Below, in pieces: positions 34,782 to 35,506 of a stretch of 35,506 bases of DNA. Below the pieces are notes generated by a model, which did not search any database, was not told the DNA's origin, and saw nothing but the letters and a program-made list of their open reading frames with translations. The stretch is from a virus (Duplodnaviria > Caudoviricetes), in the IMG/VR virus record IMGVR_UViG_3300049594_000135, positions 1-35,506 of that record; one strand, 5' to 3'. Every line of letters starts with the position of its first letter. The first letter of the stretch is position 1. The position numbers and the translations under genes are program-made.

Positions 34782-34913
34782 ATGAAAAAGGCAAAAACAG
34801 GCAGCACTCCAGTTGCTAAAATTAGCTTCGGGAAGAGAAGAGAGGGCAAGCACCGGAAGGCTAGAAGGCCAAAGGAGGGCAATGTCAAAAAGTATAAAGG
34901 ACAAGGAAGATAA
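34782..34913 (+). CDS. Small basic protein (43 aa, not in ORF track)
   Basis: MKKAKTGSTPVAKISFGKRREGKHRKARRPKEGNVKKYKGQGR*; TAATG overlap with the next gene. Confidence 0.75.
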   Translation: MKKAKTGSTPVAKISFGKRREGKHRKARRPKEGNVKKYKGQGR

Positions 34914-35146
34914 TGGCTGAGAAGAAGTATAAGACCAAGGTGAATGGCAAGACTGTCAAATTCGGGGCTAAAGGCTACTCCATAGCACCGGGTACTGCCA
35001 AGGGAGATAACTACTGCGCTCGTTCTTCTGGAATCAAGAAGTGTAAGAACCCACCATGTGCGAATGACTTGAGCAGAAAGGCATGGGGCTGTGTTGGCAA
35101 AAAGTCTGTAAAAAGTGCAGCAAAAAAATTCACTCGCATTAAGTAA
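34913..35146 (+). CDS. Small basic Cys-containing protein
   Basis: KTVKFGAKGYSI...DNYCARS...NDLSRKAWGC. Confidence 0.8.
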   Translation: MAEKKYKTKVNGKTVKFGAKGYSIAPGTAKGDNYCARSSGIKKCKNPPCANDLSRKAWGCVGKKSVKSAAKKFTRIK

Positions 35147-35155
35147 TTTTACAGA

Positions 35156-35506
35156 ATGCAACTAAAGCATTTTACACTTTCGGAGTTTGACTCTCCAGAT
35201 GCTCCAGGCTCAGGTAGCAATATGAAGCCTGCATTCATGCAGAGACTTGACAATGCCAGATCATTAGCAGGAGTGCCATTTAAAATCAACTCAGGCTTTA
35301 GAACCACTGTTCATAATGCCAAGGTTGGAGGAGTTGCTGATAGTTCACACACACAGGGATGGGCAGCTGACATAGCTGCTACTTCCGGCACATCTAAGTT
35401 TCAAATTGTGAATGCTTTGCTGAAAGCTGGATTCACACGCATTGGGATTGCAAGTTCATTTGTGCATGTGGACTCAGACCCTGCAAAGCCTGCCCAGGTA
35501 ATCTGG
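35156..35506 (+). CDS. Peptidase M15 (Zn peptidase) endolysin, 5' part; completes at 139
   Basis: MQLKHFTLSEFDSPD...INSGFRT..HNAKVGG...SSHTQGWAADI...FVHVD. Confidence 0.92.
   Translation, partial: MQLKHFTLSEFDSPDAPGSGSNMKPAFMQRLDNARSLAGVPFKINSGFRTTVHNAKVGGVADSSHTQGWAADIAATSGTSKFQIVNALLKAGFTRIGIASSFVHVDSDPAKPAQVIW
35377..35506 (+). repeat. Terminal direct repeat, right copy
   Basis: 128/130 identical to 1-130. Confidence 0.97.

Noticed and set aside
34766-35161. 131-aa minus-strand ORF
   Set aside because: Antisense shadow of two Lys-rich plus-strand genes; its Phe/Leu richness comes from reversed AAA/AAG codons
1-35506. Lysogeny module, diversity-generating retroelement or stop-codon reassignment
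   Set aside because: No integrase, CI-like repressor or reverse transcriptase motifs and no TR/VR pair were seen; genes are intact under the standard code and use TAA, TAG and TGA as stops

Overview
This window is an apparently complete genome (about 35.4 kb) of a tailed dsDNA phage, probably a siphovirus. Positions 1-130 repeat 35377-35506 at 128/130 identity, and a peptidase M15 endolysin gene reads across that junction. The host is probably in the Bacteroidota: there are TAnnTTTG (-7) promoter boxes, one complete TTTG-N19-TACCTTTG promoter, and A-rich start contexts without Shine-Dalgarno motifs. Recognisable modules are lysis, head/neck, scaffold plus major capsid, Gp157/SSB-like recombination genes, VRR-NUC, an iteron-bearing replication initiator plus DnaB, small and large terminase, tail chaperone, tape measure, tail/fibre proteins, major tail, portal and minor capsid. 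I found no integrase, repressor or polymerase. The most unusual elements are: (1) a compact ncRNA cassette (2653-2911, minus strand) in which two tRNA-shaped RNAs lacking a normal anticodon loop tightly flank a third structured RNA; (2) a -1 frameshift product of the tail chaperone, absent from the ORF track, with about 230 nt of dual coding; (3) a kissing-loop attenuator-like leader upstream of the replication genes; (4) two glycosyltransferases and two methyltransferases, one GT lying inside the head/neck operon; (5) Cys-rich virion proteins, a DnaJ-type zinc finger in the portal and a CxxC membrane protein; (6) an AT-rich HNH gene flanked by a 20-bp duplication. All protein calls come from motif recognition and gene context, not database searches.
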